Source of the DNA: Eledone cirrhosa
Lineage: Eukaryota
DNA: 64,000 bases
Assembly: GCA_964016885.1 (NCBI GenBank)
Contig: OZ024740.1
Coordinates: forward strand, 204,910,001-204,974,000
Reading direction: 5' to 3'
In this document: positions 50,118 through 64,000 of the stretch, one piece after another
Numbering within the stretch: the first letter of the stretch is position 1
Layout: every line of letters starts with the position of its first letter
Made by a program: the position numbers and the translations under genes
The notes under the pieces: model-generated
The model's input: only the letters and a program-made list of their open reading frames with translations
Told to the model about the DNA's origin: nothing
Database searches by the model: none

Positions 50118-51615
50118 CTTAGTCTTAGGTTCTTCGGTCACGATCAGCGGCAGCTTTTCGCGTCCGTGTCAAGTGATGTTGGCTACCATCAGGTCTTTTC
50201 GGGACGTTCGGCGCCAGGTGATCCTGGGGCAACCCCGCCTCTGTTTGCCGCCAAGTGGAGTCCAGTTCATTGTTGTTTTCTAGTGTTCATCGGGCAGGCG
50301 CAAAATATGACCAGCCAGGCGGCACCACCGCTCTGTAACCATCCTCTGTAGCGTCCACGACTTGGTTCTCCGCAGGATTTCCTCGTTTCGCATTTGGCCG
50401 TGCCAGGACACCCGAAGGATCATTCGCAGGCACCACTGGTGGAAAGCATTCAGCCGTCTCTCTATCTTTGCTGTGTTCTTCCAGGTTTCGCGTGCTTAAA
50501 GCATTGTCGGTAGCACGATGCTCTTATATAGGCACAGCTTGATCCTGGGGCTGAATCATGAAGACAACCAGACTGGGTGTAACCGCTGGAAAACTGCGGC
50601 TCCTTTGCCGATCCGACAGTTGATGTCAAGTTCTGCGTTGCCATTGCTTGCTAGGATGCTGCCCAGATAGGTGAAGTGATCGACTTCCTCTAGGTCTTGT
50701 TAGTTGACTCTGATCGCTGGACCTGTGTTGTTGGCTGTTCTCATCACCTTGGTCTTTTTGGTATTGATTCTCAGACCGATCTTTTCTGCACTCTCTTGCA
50801 GAGATGTTGTTAAGGCTTGCAGATCTGCACTGTCTTTAGCGATCAAAGCGATGTCGTCGGCGAATGCCACGCTCTTCAGCCTCGACTGGCCTCTCCATGG
50901 GATTCCTTGACCGGGTCCTTCCTCTGTTCGCATTAGCACAAAATCGGCTGCCAACAGGAACAACAACGGAGAGATAATGTAACCCTGTCTGACTCCGGAG
51001 ACAATGTCAAAGAGCTCTGTCACACCAGACTCAGTTCGCACGCAGCAGCTGGAGTTTGCGAACAAGGCCTTGAAAATGGCGATGAATCTTGCAGGAATGC
51101 CGTACGAGTGCGCAATATTCCACAGCGATTCCCGATTCACACTGTCGAATGCTTTCTGGAAATCAATGAAATTGACCGCCAAAGGGTGCTGGAGCTCAAC
51201 GCATTGTTCGAGGATGTTGCGTAACGTGAAGATCTGTTCGGTGCAAGATCGATTGTTTCGGAAGCTAGCTTGTTCCTCCTGGAACACAGAGTCGACAGCT
51301 TGCCGGAGTCGACGCAGCAGCACGGTGCAGAATGCCTTGCCTGGGACTGACAGCAATGTGATACCGCACCAGTTGTTACAGTTGACCAGGTTTCCCTTCT
51401 TCAGCAGTTTGATGATGACACTCCATTGCCACTCAAGAGGAACTTGACCAACACTCCAACAGTGGTCCATCAAGTTTGTCAACGCTGTTATCATGCTATC
51501 CCCACCAAATTTTAGCAACACTATAGAGATCTCATCCAGTCTGCCTGCTTTGCCATACCTCAAGTCACTGATCCCATCTCTCTCGTCTCCTGCTTGGTGA
51601 TTTGGTCCTCGCAGA
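50118..51615 (-). mobile_element. 3' part (RT to 3' end) of the second RTE-family LINE
   Basis: Track ORF 50700-51680: KKGNL..CNNW.GITLLS, FIDFQKAFDSV, GVRQG.I.SPLLF, FADDIAL; ends gaacctaagactaag. Confidence 0.9.
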
Positions 51616-51779
51616 CCTTGAGTAATCCAACTTATTTTACAAACGGGATAAAATAATATATTCTGGACGCAGTCCTGCACTCCTTACTTTATTATAGTTT
51701 TTATATATATATAAATTGCATTTCGCTCATTTCTACCCACGATTCTCGCTGAATTTATATTTATCAGCGACCTCACAGT

Positions 51780-54330
51780 CAGAACTAGATGAACCTGGAA
51801 ACAGAAGCCAACCTGGAGAAGAAAGATCTGGAAGCTGAAAGACCCCTCAGCCAGTAACAGATTTAAAGATATTTTACTCAACGTCTATGACAGTAAAGAA
51901 GAACAGATACAGACATTCAATGTAGAAGAGCACTGGGAGTTCATAAAAAATAACTTACTAAAGGCGACAGATGAGATCTGTGGCTGGAGTAAGACCACAG
52001 GCAGGAGGAGAGTGACTTGGTGGTGGAACAATAAGGTAGATGAGGCAGTTAAGGCCAAAAGAGACAGGCATAGAAAGAATGGAAGAACGGGGGAAGCAGG
52101 GTACATTACATAGAGACCAGGAGGGAAGCTAGGCGACAAGTATACTTAGCTAGGAGGGAAGCAGAGGATAGAAAATTCAAGCATGTTTTGCAACGTGAGG
52201 ACCAGAAACAGGAGGTGTTCAAGATTACAAGGCAGTGTGTCAGAGAGAATTGTGATGTCATTGGAGAGAAGTGTATCCAGAATGATAAAGGTGAGCTTGC
52301 CCTCACAAGTGCTGAGAAGAAAGATGCGTGGAAGAGCCATTATGATACATTACTAAATGAGGAGAATGCGTGGGAAGAAGCGACCCTACTGCAAGTAGAA
52401 CCTATAGAGGGGCCAGCAGTACAAGTCAGCAGCAGCATAGTAAGTAAGGCAATCAAAGATATGAAGACAGGGAAGGCAACCGGTCCATCGGGTATAGCTG
52501 CCGAGATGTTGAAGGCATCTGGGTCGGTAGGTCACACCATAACCACACGTATTGTTAACCAGGTAATACTAGGTGCCATACCAAAGGATTGGTGCAGAAG
52601 CATCATTGTCAACTGCTACAAAGGTAAAGGTGATGCACTAGATAGAGGAAACTATAGAGGTATAAAGCTGATGGACCAGTCATGAAAGTAACAGAAAGAG
52701 TTATAGCACAGTTGATTAGGGACCGGGTGAAACTAGATGAGATGCAATTTGGGTTTGTTCCAGGAAGAGGTACCACTGATGCCCTCTTCCTTGTGAGGCA
52801 GTTACAGAAAAAGTACCTAGCTAAAAGTAAGCTGCTCTACCTGGCATTCGTCGATCTCGAGAAAGCCTTTGACAGAGTTCTCCGTGCTGTAATCTGGTGG
52901 GCTCTTAGAAAACTAGGAGTAGATGAATGGCTTGTGAAAGCTGTACAAGCCATGTACAGGGGAGCAGTCAGCAAAGTTAGGATTAGCAATGACTATAGCG
53001 AGGAATTTAGTGTACAGGTAGGTGTCCACCAGGTCTCTGTTCTTAGCCCTCTCCTGTTCATCATAGTTCTGCAGGCAATAATGGAGGAGGTTAAGACCGG
53101 ATGCCCATGGGGACTCCTGTATGCAGATAACCTCGTACTTATAGCTGAATCTATGGTAGAACTAGAGAAGAAATTCCAAACTTGGAAGCAGGGACTAGAA
53201 AGAAAGGGTCTCAGGGTCAACCTGACAAAGACTAAGGTCTTTGTAAGTAGACGAGAAAACAGAACCCAGATCCCCTCAGGGAAATGGCCTTCCTCAGTGT
53301 GTAGGAAAGTGTAGATAGGAACTCCATTCTCTGCCCCAAATGCAAACAATGGGTACACAAGAGATATAGCGGGATCTCAGGAAGCTTAACTAAGAATGTA
53401 GGCTTCACATGTAGCAGCTGTGCTGGGAGAGCAAGTAGCAAACAGCCACAGGAAACAAGTATCACCAAACTCTGGGAGGGCTCTGTACAAACAGTAGACA
53501 GCTTCTGCTACCTAGATGACCGAATTAGCCGCGGAGGTGGGTGTTCGGAAAGTACAATAACTATGGTAAGAACAGCATGGAAGAAGTTCAGGGAGCTACT
53601 GCCACTGCTAGCTGCAAAAGGCTTTTTCCTCAAAATGAAAGGCAGACTGTATGATGCATGTATACGAACAGCAATGTTACATGGTAGTGAGACCTGGGCA
53701 CTGTCTGTGGAAGACTTGCGTAGATTAGAAAGAAATGAAGCCTGCATGCTCCGATGGATGTGTAATAGTAATATACGCGAACGGCAAAGTATAAATGAAT
53801 TGAGAGAGAGACTGAGCATAAGAGGAATAAAATGCTGTGTGCAGGAGAGGCGGTTGCGTTGGTATGGATATGTGATGCATATGAAGTATGACAGCTGTAT
53901 AAAAAGGTGCAGAACACTAGAAGTCGATGGAAACCGCGGAGTGGGGAGACCCAAGAAGACCTGGGATGATGTGATAAAAGCCGACCTCACCCAATTACCT
54001 CTCAAAGGCGTTGACACACGATCGTGACCTCTGGCGTCACGCATACAGAAGACCCGACCCCCCACGGGTACAAGCCGAAGCTGAAGCATATAGACAATAT
54101 GCCCCCACACACCCTCCCACTGCAAACTGGTCGTGGAGGTGCCACAGCAAAAAAGCACCCAGCTCACACTGTAAAGTGGACGTGTAGGCGCCACGGAAAA
54201 AAAAGCACCCAGCACTCACTGTAAATGAGGTTGGTGTTAGGAAGGGCATCCAGCTGTAGAAATCAAGCCAGAATCATTTCCCGTTCCACCCTTGCAAGCA
54301 GGGAAAAGCGGACGTAAAATGATGATGATG
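51780..54330 (+). mobile_element. longest RTE LINE copy (linker + RT + Cys-rich insert + 3'UTR), frameshifted
   Basis: Track ORFs 52188-52685, 52682-53314, 53563-54027 (FVDLEKAFD, YADNL, GRPKKTW); (GAT)n tail. Confidence 0.95.
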
Positions 54331-54504
54331 GCAAGATTGGTTGTCTTGCTCAGGACTGTCTGGCGGCTTTTCTACGGCTGGATGCCCTTCCTAACACCAA
54401 CCACGTTTACAGTGTGGACTGGGAGGTTTTTACCGTGTTACCTACACGGCCACATTACACCGTGGACTGTGTGTTTTATTGTCGTGACACCTACACGTCT
54501 GACA

Positions 54505-54542
<38 letters not shown>

Positions 54543-54744
54543 TATCTATTTACATATATAGAGAGAGAGAGTCTGCGGTGCTGAGATCGAGGAGACCACT
54601 CATCATGTGAGTACTCGATACATGGGGAAATGTAGAGTGGGTACAGAGATATGTAAAATCCCCACCGCAGCGTCAACCGATTTCAGGTTGCTCAACGCAC
54701 AAGCCGAAACCACTTAGCACTGCAGTCGGGATTTTACATATCTC

Positions 54745-54808
<64 letters not shown>

Positions 54809-54819
54809 TATCCATATCC

Positions 54820-54962
54820 AGTTCAGATCTGGCTGTCGAAACGGCCGGAGCTCAGCCGTCGGGGGCTTAAATTTTTTCATATTTTTCACTCTACTACCCT
54901 CAAGTATTGAGTACTCTGGTAGGTTATGGTCTACCTGGTTTTTTACCACACCTTATCAGATA
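54820..54962 (+). repeat. dispersed repeat with a hammerhead 3'-half (second copy 62430-62605)
   Basis: ctgtcGAAAcggc...gccgTCgggg...actctactaccct.aagtat.gagtactctggt.ggttatggtcta shared by both loci. Confidence 0.65.
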
Positions 54963-55066
54963 TATATATATATCTTTCTGTACCCTCTCTCTCTTTATAT
55001 ATATATATATCTTTCTGTACCCTCTCTCTCTTTATATATATATATATCTTTCTGTACCCTCTCTCT

Positions 55067-55106
<40 letters not shown>

Positions 55107-55469
55107 TATATATATATATATATTATATGTATATATATATATAAATATATATATGCTTCTCTCTTTCTTATATATATTATTTATCTGTTTCTCTCTTTCA
55201 CACATATACTCTGTCTCTCTTTATACGTTAATATACTCTGCCCCTCTCTTACATACATTATCTCTCTGCTTTTTGCTTTTGCATAATTTCTCATCGCCTC
55301 TCTCTCTTATTTACAGTATATCTCTTTGCCTCTCTCTTATTTAGAATATCTCTCTCTGTTTATACATTATTTATATATAATGTGTGTGTCTCTGCAAGGC
55401 TGACTGATGCCGCCATATGTATGTATATCTATCTATTAGTATATATATGTGTGTGTTAATGGGTGAAAT

Positions 55470-55920
55470 GGAAAAAAAGAAAAAGAAACAGTTTAGGAGG
55501 AAGGGAAAGAGATTGGATCGAGGCATTGAAGAAAGATAAAGGAATAAAGAGATTGACAGAGTAAAACAAATATGGCAGGGGCGAAAATGACGAGAGATAG
55601 AGAGAGCGGGGGAGAGCGAAAGACATAGAGAGCGGGGAAAGACTAAGGGAAGTGGATTAAATAAGAGGGATAGAGAGTGGGGGAGAATTACAGAAGGGTT
55701 GGATGAGAGATATAGAGATACATTAAGGGAGAAAAGATTCAGGAATGTTGATAGAGTAAAAGAAATAGAAGGGGGGGGGATTGGGTGAGAAAGAGAGACA
55801 GAATGAGATAATAGGAAAGACCCAGGGAAGTAGATATGGTGAGAGTGGAAGAGAGAGAGAGAGACATAGAAATGGATAAAGTGAGAGAGGTGCAGAAAAA
55901 TAAAAAGGGGACACAAATAG

Positions 55921-55970
<50 letters not shown>

Positions 55971-56590
55971 TTTAAATTCAAAGAGGAGACATTTTGAAAG
56001 AGAAACTGATAGAAAAATGGAGATGGGAAAAGAGAAAGAGAAGAAAAGGAGTGTAAGATTGAATCATAAATGGAAAGAAAAAGACTTTAGGAAGCATTTA
56101 TATAGAGGGAAATGGGATGATAGGAACAACGAAGCCAGAGTGCAAATAAATGGACAAGGTGTATTAGAGGGGGTGGAGAGAATTAATAGTATAAGAAAGA
56201 ATGCAGAGAGTAAATGGACAGAGAAGGTGTAAGAGAGAGAGTAAATAAATGTAGAAGGTGTATAAACGAAAGGGAGAGTAAATAAACGGAGAAGATGTAT
56301 GAGATAGAGAGAGTTTATAGGCGGAGTTGTATTAGAAAGAGAGAGAGTTAATAGACGGAGGTATATCAGAGAGAGAGAGTAAATAGACGGTGAAGGTGTA
56401 TTAGAGAGAGTAAATAGATGGAGAATATGTATGAGAGAGAGGGAGTTAATAGACGGAGGAGGTGTATTAGAGAGAGTAAATAGATAGAGGGTTAGTATAT
56501 GGAGGAGCTGTTTTACAGAGAGTAAATAGAGATGTATTAGAGAGAATGCATAGCTGAGCAGCAGATAGAGAAACAAAGAAAGGAAATGTA
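55470..56590. repeat. GA-rich low-complexity region with ~35-bp degenerate minisatellite (56210-56540)
   Basis: gagagagtaaatagacggagaaggtgtatta units. Confidence 0.8.
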
Positions 56591-56965
56591 TGTGGAAAAA
56601 GATTTGACTAAAAGACACGTATAAACATATTTGTATAAACAAAGAATGGAAACCTTTGCTGTTTACTCAAATAAAGCTAAACTAGCCAACTGTCTTCTAA
56701 TAAATATAAATATATTGAAAAACCTTTTTTGGGGATAATTTATATCATCACTATATAAACATGTATATATATATATATACATACACAATGTATTTATATA
56801 TAATATATATATGCTCCACCTTCGATGGAGGGAAGGGATGACTCAAGAATATATATATATATATCTTACGTTAATTATTTTCTATTTTGACGTTATAATC
56901 ACTTATATATTATGAAATACTGTTGGCTTCTTGCTCACGTTAATTTCTATATTTTCATTTATATA

Positions 56966-57004
<39 letters not shown>

Positions 57005-59202
57005 GTATTTATATATATATGTGTGTGTGTGTGTGTAATGTATCTATATATATATGTGTGTGTGTGTATATATATTTACACGCATTTATTTAGTGGACAC
57101 CCACCTCCGGGCACTGCATTATATTAAGGGTTTATTTCCTGAGATATTTGTTGTCTCCTTCATTGTTTGTAGGACCTTATCTTTTTCTCCTGCTTTCACT
57201 AGTTTTTCCTCTGTCCATTTCCCTTTGGAGATTTATAAAATACGATCGCTTATTTATATAATTATTATTATTTATAAAATTAGGTTTATTTTTTCTTCGT
57301 CTAAAAAAAAAATGAAATATATTGATTGATCTTTGTTTCGATGTCACATTATTGTAGTTCGTAGTTTATATATTATACACACATAAGTGTGTATATATCG
57401 TCTGCTAACTCTTGGTTGAGCGCCCAAGACCCTTATAGACACCTGCTTTCGCGCGAACATGTGTTAGGTTTCATTTCAAACTTTATACACACACACATAC
57501 ATACGTGGATATATATATAATTTTATGTTCATATATAGAACATGAATAATATATCAGCTCTTTTACATATTAAATCGAGCACTTTTCCCTTATCCATGGA
57601 TATTTTTGCTACTTATACATGTATAAACACAGTTTGTGTAAGTGTATTGACATTTATTAAATATAAATAAATACAGATATAATAGGGCTAACACAAAAGC
57701 ATGTTGAATTTGTGTCATTTATTATTTGTTAGTTTTCGATTCTTTTAATTAAATAAAAGTTTACTTTTTTGTGTCTTTTTTTTTCACATTATTTTAGGGT
57801 AGCAATGTATATATGTAGTTAATCGTGTTCCAGTTCATGTGTGACTGATTTCTACCCCTGGAGAAAGGATAAAAGCCACTCAATCTAGTTTTCTTCCCTA
57901 TAAGCTTTTCATCTTTCTCTCAAATAAAATTAAAAAAAACAAAAACAATACATAATATAGTGAGATACAATTCACACGATCTCATCATGCATTCTCTTTA
58001 TTAATCGGTGCCTTTGTACCTACTCTACAAAGATACAAAAGAAAAAAATATTTAGAGGGCAACACTGGCATTCCCTGTTGTAATGTAATTGAGTGTGCAT
58101 GTCTTCTCCCCTTTTTTCTTTTGTTTATTGATTTCTTTCTTTTATTAATCATGAACATTATATAAATTGTTTGTGCAGCATGACCCTCCCTAAGTATAAT
58201 AATATAGTTCGACATTAATATGAATATTTTAATCAGGGAGAAGTATTTCATGCTTTAACCAAAGGTCAACAATATATAATCAAAAAATTTGGAGCTCTGA
58301 CCATAGTCTTTTTTTAAAGACATATGTATGCAGGACTATCTTATTTCTAGTAGATTGAGCTACCTGGGAAGTACTTAATGTTATATTTATTACCCCATTC
58401 AGTTTATGATCGAGATAATAAATTGGAAATGGACGGTTATCAATTAGAATTAAACTGAATTCAATGTATATTTTTCATATACTATTTTGGCGCCTAAATG
58501 GTTATATCCGGCTCAAGCTGTTCTTTTATTTGTTTATTTAGTATTCAGTCGTTATCGTCTGTATAGTGTGTATAATAATGAAACTGAAAATATTGCATTG
58601 ATATCCAGCTTACTTGCAACATACCATGACGTTGATATAATTTGTCATTTATTTTATTGATTTCTTTCGGATGAAAATCGACATTTAAAAAAAAAATGAA
58701 ATCATTAAAACATTTATATTTCAGCTTTTCCTTATAAAACGGACTTTGTTCAGGAAATCATGAATTCTTTTTTCTTTTACTTAAGCCAACCACGTTAGGG
58801 GGAAGATACACACTTTTTTCTTACAAGATATTTTATTCAAGGATTAGAAGATATGCAAATTGACATGACTTCATATTTAATTATTTTGGGAAAACAAATG
58901 TTTAGAAATGTCATTTCTCTATTTCTTAAATTTGTTTATTCAATCATTAAAATAATGAAGAAAAAAATTGTATATATATATATAGATATATTGAAGACAA
59001 GGAAGACACAGATTCAATAAGTCTTAGTTTCACGCTCTATACACACACATAGTAACAAGCAGTTCACTTTTATACTACATTGTGTTAAGAAGGAAGAAAA
59101 ATAAGTGAGAAAGAGGAATGGGAGAAAGATTGTGTGTGTAAGAGAATAAGTGCGTGTATATATATATATATAGATATATACATATCTATATATTTATACA
59201 CA

Positions 59203-59283
59203 CATAGTGTCCACCAAAAATGTATACACATGTTTCTCAGAATGCTGTTGAAGTATGTGTACATTTTTGGAGACACCCTCTAT
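59203..59283. mobile_element. tiny Tc1/mariner-like MITE remnant
   Basis: gtgtccaccaaaaatgtatacac ... gtgtacatttttggagacaccct inverted ends. Confidence 0.5.
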
Positions 59284-59924
59284 GTGTGTATATATATATA
59301 TAAACTTTATCATTGTCTGGTTTTAATGAATATATGTATGGTTGTTTGCGATCACATTAATATTTTCGGAATAAAAATGAATATTCACTATCTAAATACA
59401 GACAATTTGTTAGAACTTAGTAAATCAATATATTGATAACATAATATGAATCAATATTGGGTTTCGTGCTACAAATAATTTTGGGGGTGACCATTAACTC
59501 ATCGTATAGTAACAACTCGTTTAAAAATATACATTAATTAAACAAAAGAAGTGAATAACATGAAATACATCGAAAATGTATATTATTTTTAACTGGAGAA
59601 ATTCCATTTCAAATGCACTCGCCATTTATTTTCATTTTATAATTTCGACTTGAAAATTTTCGATTTTTCATAGCCATTATTCACAAGAGCTGTTTATACA
59701 CATGCAATTATTAACTAGTAGATTTAATTTTAAACATCGATCTTTGAATAATTTAAAAGTATAAAGTAAAAGTTTCAGTAGGATCGCTGCGTAATTAAAT
59801 TCGTTTTCTATCTAGTAGTTTCTATTTACCACAGAGCAGTGGGCAGTCATGTGGCAATCCAGCAGTTAGCTTGGCTAAACATTTCTCATGTCGGCCTGTC
59901 AATTATTTACTCTGTTTATTTTAT

Positions 59925-60650
59925 TAAAGGCGACCATAGTTAATAACAAAACATTGATTAAGATACTCATCTTTTATCTAGTGGATACTATTTAAATACC
60001 GGACAATATTCTAGTAAAAACCGAAAAAAGCGGCGTAAAAAAAATAACTTGGCTTCCTTGAATTACCTTTATTTTTTCCTTTGTTCTTATTTAAAGGTGT
60101 CCATAGTTAAGTTAATTTTATTGATTCTTATAAAGCTATCTGACAAAATTTACAGACTAAACTCTTTCAACAGATACCATTATTTGCAGAATGATTTCAG
60201 TGGTAGATATCGGACAACATAGGGGAAAAAGTGGAGAAAAGCGGCGTAATTAAAAATGAAACCAACGATAATGGGAATATATTAAAAAAAAAGTAAATTG
60301 GTTTTCCTGAATTACCGAAATGAATAATTATTTAGGCCTCGCTACAATATAAAAAATATAATCTTTAAAGTGAATATTTTCACACATAAACGTTAAGTAT
60401 ATTTTGTATGAATGTTAGCTATTAAAACCTGAAAATGTATTGCTTTTGTATTAAAGATAAACACTTATTAATGTGCTTACATTTATATTTAATTAAACGA
60501 ATGTTAATATTATATACAAAACTGATGGAAGTAGGGGCACGTTGTAAAACATTCATTTCAGTAGTCTAGGAAAACCAAATTACGTTCTCCATTATCGTTG
60601 GTTTCGTTTTAAATTACGTCGCTTATTTCAACTTTTACCCGACATCCTTT
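59925..60650. repeat. MITE-like element: ~110-bp inverted repeats (60205-60315 / 60560-60650) plus a direct partial copy (59925-60067)
   Basis: gcggcgtaattaaaaatgaaaccaacgataatgg vs ccattatcgttggtttcgttttaaattacgtcgc. Confidence 0.65.
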
Positions 60651-62059
60651 TTTATCCTTAGTTCCAAGTAAAAACAAACAAAACAGCTTTTACTTGCTTC
60701 ATTTAATACTAACTCATACATATAAATTTGTATCCTCCTCAATTTAAAATGAAATTATTTTTTCCTACATGAAACGTTAAGCATATTCTGTTTGCTTTCT
60801 GAAAATTAAAAATGATGTTATTTCAGTATGAAAAGTATTAAAAATGAATGTTAAACTATATATATTTTTTCTGCTCTGTCTTTAATATATGTCTGTGTGA
60901 GTATCGCTATCGGCGTCCAAAGAAAGGAAGCGCTAAAAGTATAACCAGAAAGTAACATTAAAATCCAAGAAGATCGACAGAAAAATACTGGGAATAGCTT
61001 ATTTAGAAGGGTATATATTTAATAGGGCGCAAGAGATATATATCAAGACAACGGAAACAAATCAGGGAGCGTCACAAAATCGGCTCAATTGACATTTTAA
61101 AAGAACCTACAGTACACATTCCATGTCAGAATCGGACTCGTCGACCATCTATAAAACATAAAAAGGCCCATTTAATCAAGTAGCCTAAGTCTACCGATGA
61201 AGGAACGGCAACAGCTCTTTCAGGAAAATCGGACCCAGGACAAAAATACCCATATAGTAAAAAATAAAACAATTTGAATACAGTCGGAAGCTAGATAGCT
61301 AGTATCTACTTCTTTTTTTTTTTTCAATTTTTACACATTTTAAGCACGACTGTTTTACAATTTACTCTGGTATTATTAGTGAAATTGTAGTTAACACACT
61401 AAAAAATCTCCAAGTACCCTGCCTTCGTAATGGAAATTATTCACAGCATTAAATGTAGAGAAAAACTATGTTTTTGTGGTCAAGATAATTACTTTCATAA
61501 TGTTAGTTATATAAGACTATAAAATCCATTTCTAAAATCTTTTACTGTTTTATTATTATTGTGGAGTTTTTTTTGTCCGTATCCCAGAAAAAAACCCACT
61601 TAATGTTGCGCCATTAGGAGCTAAAATATTTCAGTGGTTATGTAGGAAGGGAGACAATCGAAACAATTTCAATCCAAATCCCACACAATTGTTTTCGTTC
61701 CTGTCCTCTATAGAGTCAACGAAACTCTGATCATAACCCTATATTCCTTGCCTACATGTGACCTAAATAGAATTATGAATCATAAGTGTTTATACTGTTA
61801 ACCTTCCAAACCAGCCCCTGTTTCTATTTAAAACCATTTTAAAGAGTTCTTATTTTAAAAAATACAACTTAAATGAATATTAGAAACCTGAGCACATTTT
61901 TTCCTTTTGTATTCTATATATTTTTTCCATTCTCTAACTGGTTCCAGTAGGTGGACTGTGGCTATGTTGGGGCACCGACTTCAAAGGTTTAATCGATCAT
62001 AATATATACAATTATATATTTTCCATGTAAAATAAATTATATCGCAAGCAGCACTGGAA

Positions 62060-62245
62060 CCTCTCTAATTATTTTTTAGGCAAGCCAGCACGCTCGCAGC
62101 ATTACCTCGGGTGATGGCGAGGCTGAATTGCTGAAACAGCCAAACGAATTCACAGTTACTTCGGTTAGGCGAGCCGCCAGTTATGACAAGAGCCTCGCAA
62201 TCAGTAGCCCAACTTCCCCAAACATCTCGAACGCCACAGAGCATA
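62060..62245 (-). mobile_element. second CRE-like retrotransposon 3' fragment
   Basis: VAFEMFGEVG...LAARLTEVT / WLFQQFSLAITRGNAASVLACL; homologous to 4740-4910. Confidence 0.7.
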
Positions 62246-62654
62246 ATTGGTTTTATTTTATGTCTAGTTTATGTATTAGCTAAGTAAGGTTCAGTGTAGT
62301 TTTATGGGTTACGTTTGTTTGAGTCCGTGGACAGCGTTGGTGTAGTTTTGATTTGTTTACGTTTAAGTTAAGGCAATTATGTCATAGTTCTTCTTCACAC
62401 ATAGTTATAGTCATAGATACATATATATGATAAGATTCAGGCTCCCGACGGCTGTTTCGACAGCTAGATACGAACTCTGTCGAAATGGCCGGAGCTCAGC
62501 AGTCGGGGACCTGAATCTTTTCATATTACCCACTCTACTACCCTAAGTATCGAGTACTCTGGTGGGTTATGGTCTAGCTGGTTTTTACCACACCCTATCT
62601 GATACACACACACATATGCACTCCCCAACTCCAACCACATTCCCAGAGTGCTCT

Positions 62655-64000
62655 GGGCCATTTTTGTCGTGACACCTACAGGACCACTTTACAGTATGAA
62701 CTTGGTGTTTTTGGTCGTGACACCTACACAACTACTTTACAGTGTGGCCTGGGGGGGGGGGTTGGAGAGGTAAATCTAGCGTGGAGCATTTATCAGGTGA
62801 GGGGTGGATCAAGAGTGTTAGGATGCTGGAGGTGTATATAAGAGGGATGTAATGGAGAGTAGTGCATACTAGATGTATGCTTCAACCTGTGCACATGGGA
62901 AAGCCAGCCTTTTGTATTACTGCATAACGCCAGAAATCTCAATATTGTGTCATCGTATTTGAGAGGTGTAATTGTGCAAGGTCAACTTTTATCACCTCAT
63001 CCCAAATCTTCCTAGGTCTTCCTTTTCCATAGCTTCCATCAACTTTGAGTACCCTCTACCTTTTTATACAGCTGTCATCTGGCATATGTATCACATATCC
63101 ATACCAACGCAATCTCCTCTTCTGCCCAGTTACTCTCTCAGTCATGCCCTGCCGTTCACGTATATTACTATTACACATCTGTTGAAGAATGCCAGCACAC
63201 AGCACCCAGGTCTTACCACCATGCAACATTGCTGTTCGTATACACGCATAATACAACCTACCTTCCATTTTGAGGGAAAAATTTTGTAGGTAGCAGCAGT
63301 AGTAGCTCCCTGAACTTTTTCCATCCTATTCTCACTCTGGCTACTGTACTTTCAAAACACCCACCTCCACTGCTAATTTGGTCACCTAAGAATTTGATAG
63401 CACTTGTTTCCTGTGAGTGTTTGTTACTTACTGCTCCTGTGCAATGGTCACAAGTAAAACTCCTCACTATAGTCATTATTAATTCTAACCTTGCTGACAG
63501 CACCTCTGTACATGGCCTGTACCACCCTCACTAGCCACACTTCTACTCCTAGGTTCCTAAGTACCCACGAGATTACAGAATGGAGAATTCTGTCAAAAGC
63601 TTTCTCTAAGTCAACAAATGCTAAGTAGAGGGGTTTGCTTTTAGCTAAATACACCTGCAGTTGCCTCACAAGGAAGAAGGCATCCATAGTACTCTTTCCT
63701 GGGACAAATCTGAACTAGGTTAATAATCCAGGTTAATTCAATCTCTAATCAATTGTACAATGACTCTTTCTGTAACTTTCATGACCTGGTTCGTCAGATT
63801 GATTCCACGATAGTTCCTCTGTCTAGTGCATCACCTTTGCGCTTGAAGCAGTTGATGATGATGTGGCTATGCCAATCATTGCGTGTGACACTATTTTGTA
63901 TTTCTTGATTAACAATATAGGTGGTTAAGGTGTATCCTACTGTCCCAGTTGTTTTCAGCATCTCAGCAACTATTCCTGATGGCCCAGCTGCTTTGTCTGT
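62655..64000 (-). mobile_element. RTE LINE relic running off the window end
   Basis: Track ORFs 63448-63687, 63258-63503, 63056-63268 match the 52-54 kb copy. Confidence 0.9.

Noticed and set aside
62040-62250. GC-rich structured island as an ncRNA (RNase MRP/twister-like)
   Set aside because: No diagnostic ncRNA motifs; the - strand translates to a CRE-like C-terminus homologous to 4740-4910

Overview
AT-rich, microsatellite- and transposon-dense animal genomic DNA. The SINE, RTE and MITE content resembles octopus/cephalopod repeats (inference). Two spliced genes, largely missed by the ORF track, sit head-to-head with start codons 237 bp apart. (1) On the - strand is a complete 4-exon gene (21153->18377) for a 139-aa acidic, disordered protein whose C-terminus resembles the bipartite NLS of vertebrate prothymosin-alpha/parathymosin. 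(2) On the + strand are exons 1 and 2 of COMMD9 (21391-21438, 43081-43209); later exons were not found. The 21.6-kb first intron of COMMD9 holds an apparently intact sense-strand type-I hammerhead ribozyme (30331-30414) and a ~42-copy 87-bp tandem array (39191-42834) with a 1106-codon open frame. It also holds a single inverted, diverged copy of the array unit ~3.7 kb upstream (35435-35540). The rest is RTE LINE relics (one apparently split by an inversion), tRNA-derived SINEs, piggyBac-like TTAA MITEs, CRE, Penelope-like and Gypsy fragments, palindromes and simple repeats. All family assignments come from motif recognition by eye, not database searches, and repeat boundaries are approximate.
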